Source: Chrysemys picta bellii (Eukaryota). Taken from it: 64,000 bases of DNA. Position numbers and translations under genes: made by a program. The stretch's first letter is position 1. Every line of letters starts with the position of its first letter. The stretch covers positions 19,716,001-19,780,000 of the forward strand of contig NC_088808.1 of NCBI RefSeq assembly GCF_011386835.1, in the 5' to 3' direction. Below, piece by piece: positions 11,301 through 23,428 of this stretch. The notes under the pieces were generated by a model. It was not told the origin of the DNA. It ran no database searches and saw only the letters and a list, made by a program, of their open reading frames with translations.

Positions 11301-14300
11301 AGTGAGTGCTATCCTGTCGGCATCTCTCTAGTAACCCTAAATCAATAGGATTTAGTAGTAATGCAGGAGGAAAAGTTGCCCTCTCCTGACCTTGCTTCTG
11401 TCTAGGAAAACAAGTAGCTACAGAGTCAGGCTAGTCAGAGGCTTTGATCAGCTTTAATAGAAAATCGCGTTTTGACAAAATGAGAATCTTTGTAGAAAGC
11501 TGCTGCTTTTCTCACTCTCGTTTTTTGTTTTGTCAGAAACCGCTTTGACCGAATCTGGTGTTTTGACCAGTTGGACTCTTCCTGTGGGAAAACACTTTCT
11601 GCCGGGGAAGAACCCATCCTGACCAGCTCTAGTGCTGGCACAGTGCCCCATGTATTCTCTCTCGAGTTCTCTGCTTCTGGTGTCCCACTCAGCTGGTTGT
11701 AAAAGCCCCAGTCTGTCCAGTCCAAACCAAAACTACTTGCAGAGTTATCTCAAATCTAGTTGGGCTTTGAATGAGACTGTACTTTCCTGAGGGTGCGGGG
11801 TCTGGGAGGAAATGAGTGGTCCCCTCCCAGAAGCCATGCTGTAATGAAGAGAATCCAGGTAGAGAGGGAGAAGTGCGTGGAGGGGTGTCCTAGCAGATAG
11901 AGGATGGGGACTTGGGAGAACTGGGTTCTATTCCTGGCTCTGTCCCTGCTCTGCTGGGCCTGGGCCTTGGCCTTGGCCTCAGTTTCCATATCTGTAAAAT
12001 AAGGAGAACACTGACCTCGTTTATAAAGTGCTCTGAGGTCTGCAGATGAAAAGTGCCATATAAGAGCTAGATAGAGGTGATAGGGAGGAGAGAAAACCCT
12101 AATGTGTAGCATGGACAAGGGTGCTTGTGACCAACTGCAGGCATGGTGGCTTGTATTGCTAAAACTCTGCTAGTAACCATGGCAGCTAACCAGAGGTCTA
12201 GCTTGGGACATGGATGCATGGTCCTGTTTTGTTTCCTATGGAGGCTAGGAATCGCTAACCTTGTTTATAATCTGCTTTAGCCAGCCTTCCTGGGCAGAGC
12301 TGGGAGGTAAAGCATCCTGGAGTATGCTGCTCTGTGTGAATGCCCCTGGGCATGCTGGCTCACGCTGAGGTGCTGTGTGAGGTAGAAAGCATTCAGCCAA
12401 GGTAGTCCTGGAGGTGGGCGCAGCTGCACAAACAGTTGTGCTGGCAGCAGCTGCTGTGTGGGCGCAAATGAAACTGCAACCTTTGCCCGGTCTGGCTACA
12501 GAATTGCTGCTCTGTGCCGATGGCTGCCAGCAGGAGCTTCAGAAATGGCCATCTCTTTTGCCAGGGGGCTTATTGGAGAGTGCAAATGCCCAACCCCCGC
12601 AGTCTCAAACCAGGTGGGGGGAACTTCAGTCTCGGCAAGTGGGGCTGTGCCAGGCTGTCTAGCATGCTAAGGTGGGAGAGCAGCTGCTGCTGCCCATGGT
12701 GTGAGACGGTCTGGTTAGGGTGCTAGCTCCTTGTGCCCCCAATCCGAGAGCCACTCACAAGACACCCCTCCCTCTCCTTCCCTTGCCAGCATTAGGGGAG
12801 CATGAAATACGCTCCTCCTAGGTTCCATATGTGCTGTCACACCTTCATCTTCCCCTGTAGGTGGCAGTAGCTTCCCCTCCCCTCCCCCCACCCCCGGCCT
12901 GAAACAGCCAGTATGTGCTGGCCAGCTGATCTCTGGGCCCCACACTCCAATTCTGAGCTCAGGGGACCCTGTCCCACCTCTTTGTCTTCCAAGTGCCGCT
13001 CTGAACACACACCCTTCTCTTAGATCAAGTCTTTTTTGTCTTAAGCAGCAGACGCGTGACCGTGAGATTCACCAGCACTTGAACGTGGGCTGCTTTTGTT
13101 TTCTGCGTTTAAGTTTTACGCACGCACGCATCTCTTGTTCCCTACATCTGCTGAGGGAGGCTGTTAGCTTCCAGCATGCTCCCAGCAGAGGCGCTTGCTT
13201 CCTCTGCCTCTCTGATGGGGATGCCTACTGACTGCCCCATCCTCTGCCCCCCCCCCCCCAACTGTTATCGTGCCGGAGGTGTAGGGCTGAGCATTGGAGC
13301 AGGGAAATGGGGGTTTATCCACCACAGCAGGCTCTTTGTGTAGGTCCTAGCAGTGTATGGGCAGCTCATCTTTGTGGTAGCTGCTGAATGCCCCCAGCCC
13401 TGTGGCATGCCGGAAAGAGGGATGGGAGACTTGCAGTTGGAAGTTCTGGCTTTTAACTGCTAACCTTAATTTAAATGAAAGTCTGGCTTGGCACTTAATT
13501 CCATAAGGGCTCTTTAAGCTCCACCCAGCTGTGTGGGTGGTAGGAGCAGCACCCTAATCTCTGCTTGCTGGCAGGGAGCTAGCGTGCGTCCTTGTACAGG
13601 GTGGGGTCTTGGTTCTTGAGTCTGCATGAGTCTCCTGTCTCTGCTCCACAGGACTCGCTCAGCAAACCGCCAAACTCTCACTTTCTTTACTAGCAACCAG
13701 TCCAGCTGTTTCCAGATTGAAACCAAGGGAGCCAATTTACAGCAGCAACAGCGACTGCTTGTGCTGTAGGGCGCTCAGCCCGAAACGGAGTCGCATCGTA
13801 AGCGCTCAGCCCAGTCTCTTGTCACTGGGTGCTGACCTCTCCTGAAAACATGGCTCCCACCCCAAAGTGCCCGCTGTCTAAAGCGGTAGGCAAGACGGAG
13901 TGTGTTGGGGAAACCCAACGGTGGGGCTAGCGTGGCCCATCTCCAGTGGGTTCAGGAAACCACTTTTGTCTTGCCAGAACTTCCGAAGCAGCTCTGCCCA
14001 GTGCAGCAATGGGGTCTTTGCGGCTGGACCCCTGTACCTGTGTGGGGAGCCCCATTGAAGACAGTGGTGCTTCCTACAGATACGGAGCTCTCCTTGGAGT
14101 TCATTGCGGGATTGGACCCTTGCTTCTTGGTAAGGAATCACTGGCCAAGATGGCACTGAGAAGGATCCCAAGCTGCTCTATGCCTTCCCACAAAGCTCCT
14201 TGGAGTGAGCATCTCTCCAAATAAGTTGCATTAGGCAGATATCTCAGGTAGCATTACATAAGGGCTAACGCACCAGAGCTAGTCATCTTGTATGCCTGGA

Positions 14301-17300
14301 AGATGGCAGGTGGTGAATCTACTGAACTGGTTCCTGTAGTGCTGTTTCACTAGAGAAAGCTTCCCCCTGCAGATGGCAGTGTCTTATAACGATGGTACAG
14401 ATGGATGTAAAAAGAGAGATAAACAAATATGACTTCTAGGGTGAGTCTACAAAATCCTGTCGTTTGTATGTTCGATCATTGAGCTCAGTAGATAACTTGT
14501 TTGCCCTTCACTTTCAGGGCCTTTTAGTGATGTAGCTTGGACTGAGAAATTTCAAAGCAATTACCCAGTCACATTGTTTTGGAGCACAGCAGGCCTGCGG
14601 CAGAGTGCTGGTGTCAGTGGAGGAGCAAAGGGTAGTTTGATTGACTTGCCTTGGCACTAAAGTGTCCTCTGAGGGGTTCACTGCTTCTCTGCACACCTCT
14701 GATGTGGGAGGGTGACTGTTCTGTGGAGCTGTGTGCTGTACTGCTCGGAGGGAGCTGGTCCAAAGGTACCCTTGCGGAAGACCTTGTGGGGGGAGGCTGT
14801 CGATGAGGGTGGGGTTATGTGACAACTGTTTAGAACAGGAATTGAAGGATATTTCATGTTCCTGCCCCTCCTAATAAACTACAGGGCAAATTAGGCAGCT
14901 TCCAGCTCATGCAAGGACATCCCAGGAGGGCAGATAAATGAGGGAAGTCTTGACACCTTTTTTGGTCCTTAAGCCTGTTCCTCTGGCTTAACAGATTCTT
15001 TCTGCTGCCCTAGTGCTGCGTCTTCCACACCATAATGCAGACGCTATCGACTCCATGAGACCTGCTGGCCTCTGACTTCTCTTCTCTCCTCTCTTCTCTG
15101 CAGAATCATCAAAAATATCGTCAGGACCTTCAAGTATATTTATGGCCTGAGGTTTGAGGCGAAAGGACTGGAGAAGTTCCAGGTCGAGGGGCCATGTGTC
15201 ATCGTGTCAAACCATCAGAGCATCCTGGACATGATGGGTGAGTTGCTTGGGTTGGAAAAGAAGCTGTCTCGTCTGAAAGTGAACTGTTGGGTGCGCCTAG
15301 CTTTGCTGTTTGGGAAATCCTGTGCTTGTCCCAGATTTGGGGAGTCTCCAAGCCTTTTAGTGGAAGAGGCTCCAGGAGACCTGTCTGTATGTCACAAAGT
15401 GCATCGGCCAGTTCTGCCTGCAGGAATTGCCGTGTAGGGTGTCGAAAGCTACAGCAGTGTCTTGAGGGGAGAGATGCACAGTGTAATGGGACAGTGGGTG
15501 AGCAGGGAGGGGTATACTTGCAGTTCGGGCGCTCTCAGAGCAGTGGAAGAGCCTGGTATGTAGCGAACTAGGTATTGCCAGACTGGATCAGACCCAAGGT
15601 CCATCTAGTCCAGTGTCTGGTCCATGACCGTGATCGCCGCCTGATGCTTCAGAGGCAGATGTAAGAACAGCTGTGGGATAATCAAGCACAGGCACGCAAG
15701 AGGGACTCAATATGGCTTAGAGCAGTGGTATGAGAGTTCTAGTCTGAACTGTCACTGACTGGCTGTGTCCCCCTGAGGAGAAGAATGTGGCTGCCCCCCC
15801 TTTTTCCCTTCCGCCTGTGCTCTCTAGTGATCCTGTGCAGGATACTTGTTACTACAGCTCGCAGAGGCTCTGAGCAGGTTTAGCTGTACCACCCCAATTA
15901 CTGACCCATGGCAGGCATGGGTCAAGTCTTAGCCTTCAGTCTAGTGGAAAGGCGGTTCTGCACTTGCCCTGAAATAAAGGCCAAGGTCTCCCCTTGGCCT
16001 AGGGCCTGGTACTTCATTCAGAATTTGCAGGCTGTCCTATTAGAGGGCTAACCTTCCAATCCTGCAAAGATCTAAAAGGCAAGCCAAGCAGAGAGGTATG
16101 TGGAGTGGCACCCAGAGGCCATACTCCCACTTTCTCCAAGCTGGGACAGTAACTAGATACTGTACTTCATCCTTCCATGGGTAAATAGTCCAGCTGGAAT
16201 GCCTCTTGTTGCATTGTCTGGCTCACTTGGGTACATCCCAAGGGTTTGCTCATCTTAATAGAGGACATTAGCATGACAGGTAGTGAAAGGGTTTAAAAAA
16301 AAAAAACCCTTGACTAACCAGAAAATAAGCTAGTGGAGCCCTTAGAGCGAAGGAGGAGACTGTGGTACACCTACTTTCTAGCTGCAGCCTGTCCGCTGGC
16401 TCAGCAATTGAGACTACATTATTACTGTTCATCATAGTGCCTTAGAAGTCTATCATGAACCGGGACCCCATTGTGCCAGGTGCTGTACAAACACAGCTAG
16501 AGTCTAGGAAGGAACAGGTGATCCAAAGATGGTGATGTCGTAGCCCCATCTTGCAGACATGGGAGTAAGCAGGGTGGGTCTAAGGCGAAGTGAGGAGGGA
16601 TGGCAGAATTGGGAATAAAACCCCTGTTTCCTCCGTCATAGCTCCTTGCTCCAGCCATTGACTCCTGTTGCTACCTTGTAAGTGCACGTATAAAAAATTA
16701 CCTTTCTGAGCTGCAGCCCCTGTTAGAGAGTCAAAGGCTCCCATGGGTCCCTTCTGCCGTGCTCCTGCTGCAGAACCAAGGAGGCCCCTGAGGCAGAGCT
16801 GTGGTACAGGTGGCCGTTTTACGATGTCTCCTTCCCTTCCCGCCCACACCCTGCTCTCATTCCATCCTCTTACGACTAAGTCTCTTCAGCGTCTAATACC
16901 TGAAAGCTGCTGAAAGACACGTGGTGGTTTGCGAGCCAGCGATGCCGCTGAATCAGCAAGGGATCATCTCTGCAAAGTTCCCTGGCTGCTGCCACCCTTC
17001 CTGTTGCACCCGTTCGCTCCCGGTGCTTATCAGCAAGCGTGGGTTGGGTCGCTCGTACGCTGCCGATCTGGTTTGTGGGTGGAGAAGGATGTTCTTGTTG
17101 TCATGGCTTATTGTGGGTGGGCTTCTTACGCTCTCCCTTCGCCCTGGGCTTAGGGTTGATGGAAATCCTCCCAGATAACTGTGTTCAGATTGGCAAGAAG
17201 GAGCTGCTGTACACTGGCCCTGTGGGTCTGATAATGTACCTGGGTGGCGTCATCTTCATTAACAGGAAGAGTACGAGCAATGCCAAGACGGTGATGTCCG

Positions 17301-20300
17301 GGGTTGCCCAGACCATGCTGGATGAGAACGTGAGTAATGTATATGCCACTAGGTTTTTGTGAGTGCTGGGCACTGCTTGCATCTGTTGGAGTAGAGGGCT
17401 GCTTGTGCTGGAACATTAGTCAGCCGCTGGATTAAGGGAGGGTGGAATATTATGAGAATTATCGTCTGACCTCTAGTACCTGGTGGCTAGCGTGGACATC
17501 AAATGCCAGTCCTGGCTGTAGCTGTACGCGCAGCAAAATCTTCTGAGAAGTTCCAAACAACTAGGAATAGAGGCATGCAATCTATTCTCTGGGTTAGCCC
17601 TAGAGAGGTTATGTGGGTTAATTCTACAGCTAACTTCTGGTGTGCCAACAAATGGAATTCATGGCTTATCTCGGTCTTACAGGTGAAGGTATGGATATAT
17701 CCGGAGGGCACGAGGAACGGGAATGGTGACTTGTTACCATTCAAGAAAGGAGCTTTTCATCTTGCTGTTCAGGCACAGGTAACACTTGTTGGCTTCTTTT
17801 GCAGGCCAAAGCGCTAAACAGGCCTTCCAGTGAAAGGTCTACCTATGATGACCAGACACTGGCAACATGGGATTCGTTAGCAGTCCAAAATGTGAGCATG
17901 ATAAATGACACCCAGGCCCTTTGACGTGAACACTATCTTCAGAGCACCCAAGATAGTAAGCTGCAGAGAGAGGCAGCTTTCTCACTGGGCTCCCAGAAGT
18001 ATGCGAGTCTCCTTGGAAAATGGCACCTGAAACTTCCCAGATAAATGGGCTAGAGGGGACATGGGTGGGGACCAGAGAGATTATAAGGGACTGCCCTCCT
18101 AGGTCCATGGGGAGGAGATAATGGCCAGCCAATACCATGGCGTAACTGGCATCCTTCTCCAGGAGCATGATCAAATTCTGGATAACTTGGCTCCTTCTAC
18201 TACTGACTTGCATTTTAGCTTCTAAAGTCCTAGTTCTGAGTCACACATCTAGCCTGCAATAATGTGGGTTAGAACCCGCCTTTGTCAATTAGATCCCTCC
18301 TTTAGCCAACTGAATCACTTCCTCAGTGTTGCCTGCTCTACAGTGCATGTTGACCCGGTAGGTGCTGTGGTGTTTAGCACAGTGCAGGTGGGGACTGATT
18401 GATTAGTGCCATGTCTTGGAAGAAGCAAGATTAAAATGTGGTTCGATACATATAAATGCCACACAACTTGTACAGGCTGTGGTCTGGATAGTTCAATTTC
18501 CAGCTCCGTAGTGGTTGGTTAGATGAGTTTATTAAATTGCAACATGGTATGTTCTATAACTAGAAGACAGACAAAAGTTGATATTCAAAGTAGCCATATT
18601 TTGTGACCGTTTTTCTCTTTAAAAGAGAGAGAGAACTGGGTAAATACAACTTAAATAGTCGCCAGCATACTGGAAGGGGATAACGCTTGCACTGGTGCAG
18701 TGGCCTGCTGAGCAGATACATGGAGGATTCTAGTTTCCTGGGCCACTAATTTAGAACTTTACTAAGTTCACTTGAAAACGGTCTGGCTATTCCGCTTCTC
18801 CTGGATTTCTTCAGGCTTAGGAAGTCCTACCAGACTCTGAAAACCAAACACTGCTTCGTATCTCATGTCCATTCTATGTTTGTGGAGGGCATGATGTTTG
18901 TATGTATACAAGCTTTAATATACCAGGAGCAGAAGGGACCATAATCAACAGTGAAGCAGAAAATATTAAGATTGTAGTTCTTAACCTATTTCCTGTATAT
19001 TTGTCTCAACCTCCTTGATCTCTAATGGACAGTTCAAACCCAGTGTGGAGCCTGTGACTTAAGAAGCCAATTCCAGCTACAGACCACAAATCCAATGTAC
19101 AAATTAGCCACCCAATAACAAGTCATTAAAGATGGATTTCTAGAGACTGGGCTAAGGACAACATCTGAAGTAGTGGCTGGCTTCATTTATATTCTCAGCA
19201 AGTTGCCAACAGTAGATCTTCCATATTGTGCCAGATTAAAAATAGCTGCCTCTTCTCCTCTTTCTTGGTCAGAGGCATTGCCTTGCTCATAAATGATTGC
19301 AAACAGTGATTCCTGTTCCTAAATATTTAACCAGCACCTGCCCCCTCTTGTGTGCTTAGAGGCATTTGCAGTGAATGTTTGAGCTGCTTATCAACCTAGG
19401 GAATTGCAGGATTAAACCTACTGAGGAGGATGGTGCCTTGGGCTTTGACTTGGGGGAGTAACTGTGTGCTTAGAGCCCTGGCCTGAGACCTCAGGTCAAT
19501 TCCCATCACTGCTGCAAGCTCCTGTGACCTTAGGAAAGTCACTTGGGCCCCACTCCTCAAAGGTGTGGAGGTGCCTAATTTCCATTGATTTCAGTGGGAG
19601 TTAAGCTCCTAATACCTTTTTGAAGATCTGGGCCTTTGTCTTGGACTCCATTTTACATATGGGAAAGGAGAGAGTAGCTTTCTCCTGCCCTCTGTATTTT
19701 TTGAGCCTACAGTCCAAAGCCAGAGTTAGGACTCTGTTCTGTATTTGTAGACTACCTAGCACCATGGGGGCTCAGTGTTGACTGGTGCCATGCTATTGTA
19801 ATACCAAAAAACCTTTAACTTTCCGGTACTCTTTTCCCTTCCCAGGTTCCCATTATTCCTGTGGTGTATTCCTCGTTCTCTTCGTTTTACAATCCAGCCA
19901 AGAAGCTATTTATATCAGGTACTGTACTGCTTTGAACCCCTCTTGTTTATGGGCGGACTCTGTTTCTGGTCTCCCAGCAGAAGAAAAGCTGGCCTCAAGA
20001 CAGAGGTGCTGAGGCGCCTTTATTTGGGCATTCCTGTCGCAGTGGCTGTCCTCTTACTAAGTTGTGTTCGTTCAGTCTTCCAGAGCCGGATTGTCCAAGG
20101 CACTCAGTAGCCATGATCAGGGCTAGATGGATTTATTTTTTCCCCAGCAGAGCTTGTCTCAGACAGTGCTCAGTCAATTGAGCTCTCTTGACCATCTGGC
20201 TCGTAGGTGCCCAAGTAGGAGCTGAGCTCTTCTGAAAAGCGGCCTCCAAATCTCCTTCACTTAAACTGTTGCACTGGGACCCAGTGGTGAGGGTAGCATT

Positions 20301-20647
20301 TGGGCAAGAGGGGGCAATGCTTGGTGTTGGGCCAGGATTGTTTCTATGTACTGTGTTGGGCCAGCTGCTCTTAAGATGCAAAGCAGGGTGCATATAAGCA
20401 CCTCTGGGGACCAGGGATCAAATTCTAGAATCTTACAAGTGTCTTGAGCAGCTGCTAACCTTCCAAAGCCCTCAAATTACTTGGCTCAACAGGCAGTCTC
20501 TCCTGGGGAGGCCCAGGGATAGAATATCAGGGGATGCTACCGGTGGGTCACAGCTCTCTTTGGCAGCATATAGTATGCCCAGTTACTATCAGCTCTTCAC
20601 TTCAATGAGCAAATCCAATATGGAGGTAGTGACAGCAGTGAATAAAA

Positions 20648-20681
<34 letters not shown>

Positions 20682-23428
20682 GATTATCCTTGGGGAGAAA
20701 ATCAGCTGCCTCTGTCCCCTTCTGCTTTCCTGTCACAATCAGGCCACTTCTGTCCCAATGTCACTCAACTGGCATCTTAATTCTTCTCCCATTATCTGCA
20801 GTTTTAGTAATCTCAGTGCTGGGCTTGTCCTTCCGAGGTGCCTCACGTGCTGAGCCTTGGGCTAGGGGAAACCCTGACTACAAGATCTAGGTGGCTGCTC
20901 TTCAGGGAGGCATTGTGGCCCAGAGTCTAGAGCTCTGCACTGGGACTTCGGAGATCTGGGTTCTATTCCTGACTTGGCTACTGGGTGATCTAGTTTCAGA
21001 GTAGCAGCCGTGTTAGTCTGTATCCGCAAAAAGAAGAACAGGAGGACTTGTGGCACCTTAGAGACTAACAAATTTATTAGAGCATAAGCTTTCGTGGACT
21101 ACAGCCCACTTCTTCGGATGCATATCATCCGAAGAAGTGGGCTGTAGTCCACGAAAGCTTATGCTCTAATAAATTTGTTAGTCTCTAAGGTGCCACAAGT
21201 CCTCCTGTTCTTCTTTTTGGGTGATCTAGGCAAGTCACTTTCCTGCTCCCTGCCTCAGTTTCTCCATCTGTAAAATGGGGATGACGCTGACCTTTTTTGT
21301 AAAAGCACTTTGAGATCTTTGGATGGAAAGTGCTAGGTTGTGGTATTATTACCTAAGAGGCGGCTCTGGGCCTGTGGTAGAGATATTTCTACACAAGTTG
21401 GGGCATAGGGAGAGATGTAAGCACCCTACTGACTAGAGTATGGGCTGAGGCCTGGTCCATCTCTCTCATCTGGCCCATGCTTGCAGTATATAATGGGCAA
21501 AAAGGGAACGGGCGAACAAAGCACCTGACACTACTGGGTCATGCACAGCAGGCAATGTCCTGTTCTGTCATAATCAGCAGATGTTTCCTGTGTTCCAGCC
21601 TGCTTCCTCAGCACATGCAGGCTAGGTCACTGGGTTGGCTTTTTGGCTGACTCGTTATCTCAAGAGTATCAAAATGCACCTGGCCCTGTACGAGAGAGCA
21701 CCTGAAGGGCTCCTGCTGCCTCGTAAACACTCTTGCAAGGTGAGGCTGGAGTTTCTTTAACTGCTCACTCAGGAGCTTTTGGCTTCAAAGGAATGAATTG
21801 TAATTCTCTCCCTGAAGGACTTCCTGAGTGTTGTCCTAGCTGGGCCCCTGCTCTGCCGGACGGCTGTACCCAGCCTTTGTGATGATAAAGGGCACCCTGA
21901 GAACTGAGGAACTAGGAACTTCTTTCAGAAGTGGCTATTGTTACTTTTCTTGAGTGGGCACTTAGCAGCCCTGTTGAGTCCCCTAAATGCCATTGCATGC
22001 CACAGTGGTTCCTGCTGCTGCAGAAGGGGAGCGGGGGTCTGTGGCTTGCTTGTTGCAACAGCAGGATCTATTGGTTTAATTAACCAAAAATAAAATCTCG
22101 CTCCACACAGCAAAAACCACCCCCCTCCCGAAAACTGTACTGCTGGGCAGCCATGTGGAGGGTCGCTGGCACTTCTTACTGTCTGGGGAAAGCCAAACAG
22201 GACTACATGGCTTCCAAATGAATATGTGCCCCCATGGGTGGGAGGGTTAAGAGGTAAATATCACCCAGCCAAATCAAAGATGTGATGACTTCAACTCTGA
22301 GAGCCAAGTGGCCTGGCCTCAAGTGAAGCACCTTAGCTTGATTGTGGCTTTCAATGACTGGGACCTGAGCAGATTAGGTAGGCAAGAGGGTGTGTAGCTT
22401 AATAAAGGAGCAGAAGTACTTTACTTGCAGAAGCAAAGCTTTAAACGATCAAGTGGTAGTATCTTGTTTCAGACCATACTCTTATTGTGTACATATTAAC
22501 TCACCCCTATGATCCCACCAAATACCTCCAAGGATCTAATGGTTCCCAGAGAGTAAGATCTTATTCCAGGTGGTTCAATTCACTCCTAAGGGTGCAGCCT
22601 GAGAGAGACACTTGGGTATTGAATGTAGAAATGCATTCAACAGAGCCAATTTCCTTGGACACATGTATAACATTGACGTTCATGACACGACATGTGTCCA
22701 AGGAAATTGGCTCTGTTGAATGCTAATCGCTACTTGCTTGTGTACATGAGGGGGTTGTGCTGTCACAATCCTCTCTAGAGAATTCTTTGTTAGTAACCGC
22801 TACAAAAATGACCCTGCTTTCTAAAAATGTCACACCGGTGACCTTTTGCAATGGACTCTGCCACTAGCCTGGTGGGGACAGGGAAAGGAGTCGCAAGTTC
22901 TGCCGGACTAGTCCGTTTGAGCTACAGCTGGAATTTGCAGGCATTTCCTGCAATAGGAAGCCATGAATGCTTGGGGTCTGGGTGCCTGCTGCCAGGAACT
23001 CCTTGTACACAGCCTTGGGACACAGATGGAAACGAGCTATCCCCACGAATGGCTGTAACAGCGGATGTAACGGTGCACTTAGACTGGATCCTGGTAACTA
23101 GCACATGCGAGCTTTGCTATGCTGTCTGCTATGGCCACGTCTGCTGCGCTCCCGGGGGTTGTGAAGGTGGGGATTATGATTGGTATTTTAGCCATTCTCC
23201 ACCCTCCCTATGACTATCTAATGGCCAAATGCAGAACTGGAGTTTCTTCTCTTGTTCCTAGGTAAAATCCGGGTTGAGGTGCTCCAGCCTATTGAGACCA
23301 AGGGCCTGAAGGCCGAGGATGTCGCCGACCTCACGGAGAGATGCTACTGCACCATGAGGGAGACCTTTTTCAGATTATCTGGCATAGCGAGTGAGGCGAA
23401 CGGCTCAACGCAGGGCCCTCAACAATAG
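1824..23428 (+). CDS. AGPAT2: 1-acyl-sn-glycerol-3-phosphate acyltransferase beta (LPAAT-beta), spliced CDS of 279 aa
   Basis: join(1824..2017,15104..15237,17154..17329,17683..17778,19846..19918,23262..23428) = 840 nt in continuous frame. Acyltransferase motifs NHQSILD, FINR, PEGTR and VPIIPV are present. Internal exon sizes 134/176/96/73 match my recollection of human AGPAT2. Tail-to-tail with EGFL7 as in mammals. Confidence 0.97.
2585..2781. mobile_element. Non-autonomous hAT-type DNA transposon (MITE)
   Basis: Imperfect TIRs cagggccgacgagag / ctcttggcggcccag. Exact 8-bp TSD aatacagg at 2577-2584 and 2782-2789. Confidence 0.85.
3660..3775 (+). mobile_element. Penelope-like retroelement terminal fragment
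   Basis: agacctgaagaagagctctgtgtagctctaaagcttg resembles the reptile PLE terminal repeat. Recognised from memory, not from a database search. Confidence 0.6.
4262..4288. repeat. (ATT)9 microsatellite
   Basis: Direct reading of the sequence. Confidence 0.95.
4345..5023. mobile_element. Probable solo LTR (Gypsy-like)
   Basis: About 0.65-0.7 kb block ending ...cctgtaactgaca, similar to turtle Gypsy LTR ends. Left TG boundary uncertain and no clear TSD. Confidence 0.4.
7709..7811. mobile_element. Short inverted Penelope-like remnant
   Basis: 37-bp inverted arms at 7726-7762 and 7775-7811 (1 mismatch), containing ggcaccttaaagactaac, the same family as 20994-21218. Confidence 0.75.
9040..9068. 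repeat. (GT)n-GCGC-(AC)n microsatellite
   Basis: Direct reading of the sequence. Confidence 0.9.
9509..9800. mobile_element. Harbinger/PIF-like MITE (related copy at about 8110-8390)
   Basis: Degenerate terminal inverted repeats gggcgtgtgcac / gtgtagacgtgccc. The internal gctctgggaccctcccacctcacagggtcctagag is shared with the copy near 8195-8230. Confidence 0.55.
9908..9945. repeat. (AC)14(GC)5 compound microsatellite
   Basis: Direct reading of the sequence. Confidence 0.9.
11915..12075 (+). mobile_element. MIR/CORE-type SINE fragment
   Basis: ctgggttctattcctggctctg...cctcagtttcc..atctgtaaaat core, followed by aagtgctctgagg...gatgaaaagtgc. Confidence 0.7.
15104..15237 (+). CDS. AGPAT2: AGPAT2 coding exon 2
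   Basis: Polypyrimidine tract + CAG acceptor. Encodes [44 protein letters not shown]. Donor G|GTGAGT. Confidence 0.97.
15577..15665 (-). mobile_element. CR1 LINE 3-prime fragment
   Basis: ggatcagacccaaggtccatctagtccagtgtc matches the reverse complement of the CR1 3-prime end. Related to 56201-56354. Confidence 0.6.
17154..17329 (+). CDS. AGPAT2: AGPAT2 coding exon 3
   Basis: TAG acceptor. Encodes [59 protein letters not shown]. Donor GTGAGT. Confidence 0.97.
17683..17778 (+). CDS. AGPAT2: AGPAT2 coding exon 4
   Basis: CAG acceptor. Encodes [32 protein letters not shown]. Donor GTAACA. Confidence 0.97.
19846..19918 (+). CDS. AGPAT2: AGPAT2 coding exon 5
   Basis: CAG acceptor after a pyrimidine tract. 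Encodes [24 protein letters not shown]. Donor G|GTACTG. Confidence 0.96.
20925..21335 (+). mobile_element. MIR/CORE-type SINE interrupted by a Penelope-like insertion
   Basis: gagatctgggttctattcctgac...gggtgatctag | insertion | gcaagtcactt...cctcagtttctccatctgtaaaatgggg. Confidence 0.75.
20994..21218. mobile_element. Penelope-like element, inverted (fold-back) insertion
   Basis: Perfect 94-bp inverted arms at 21027-21120 and 21126-21219 with a 5-nt spacer. 11-bp TSD gggtgatctag at 20983-20993 and 21219-21229. Confidence 0.85.
23262..23428 (+). CDS. AGPAT2: AGPAT2 coding exon 6 (terminal)
   Basis: TAG acceptor. Encodes [55 protein letters not shown] then TAG. Confidence 0.95.

Noticed and set aside
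13652-13883. Acceptor-like tract (ctcctgtctctgctccacag) with downstream GT sites in AGPAT2 intron 1
   Set aside because: No homology and the gene model is complete without it. A cryptic exon cannot be supported without RNA data.
20650-20680. 31-nt poly(T) as a retrocopy tail
   Set aside because: No recognisable retroelement or processed-gene body adjacent and no clear TSD; treated as a simple homopolymer.
23257-23267. AG|GTAAAA at the AGPAT2 exon 6 acceptor as a recursive splice site
   Set aside because: GT is dictated by the Gly codon, the intron is short and this is the terminal exon, so there is no downstream acceptor to use.
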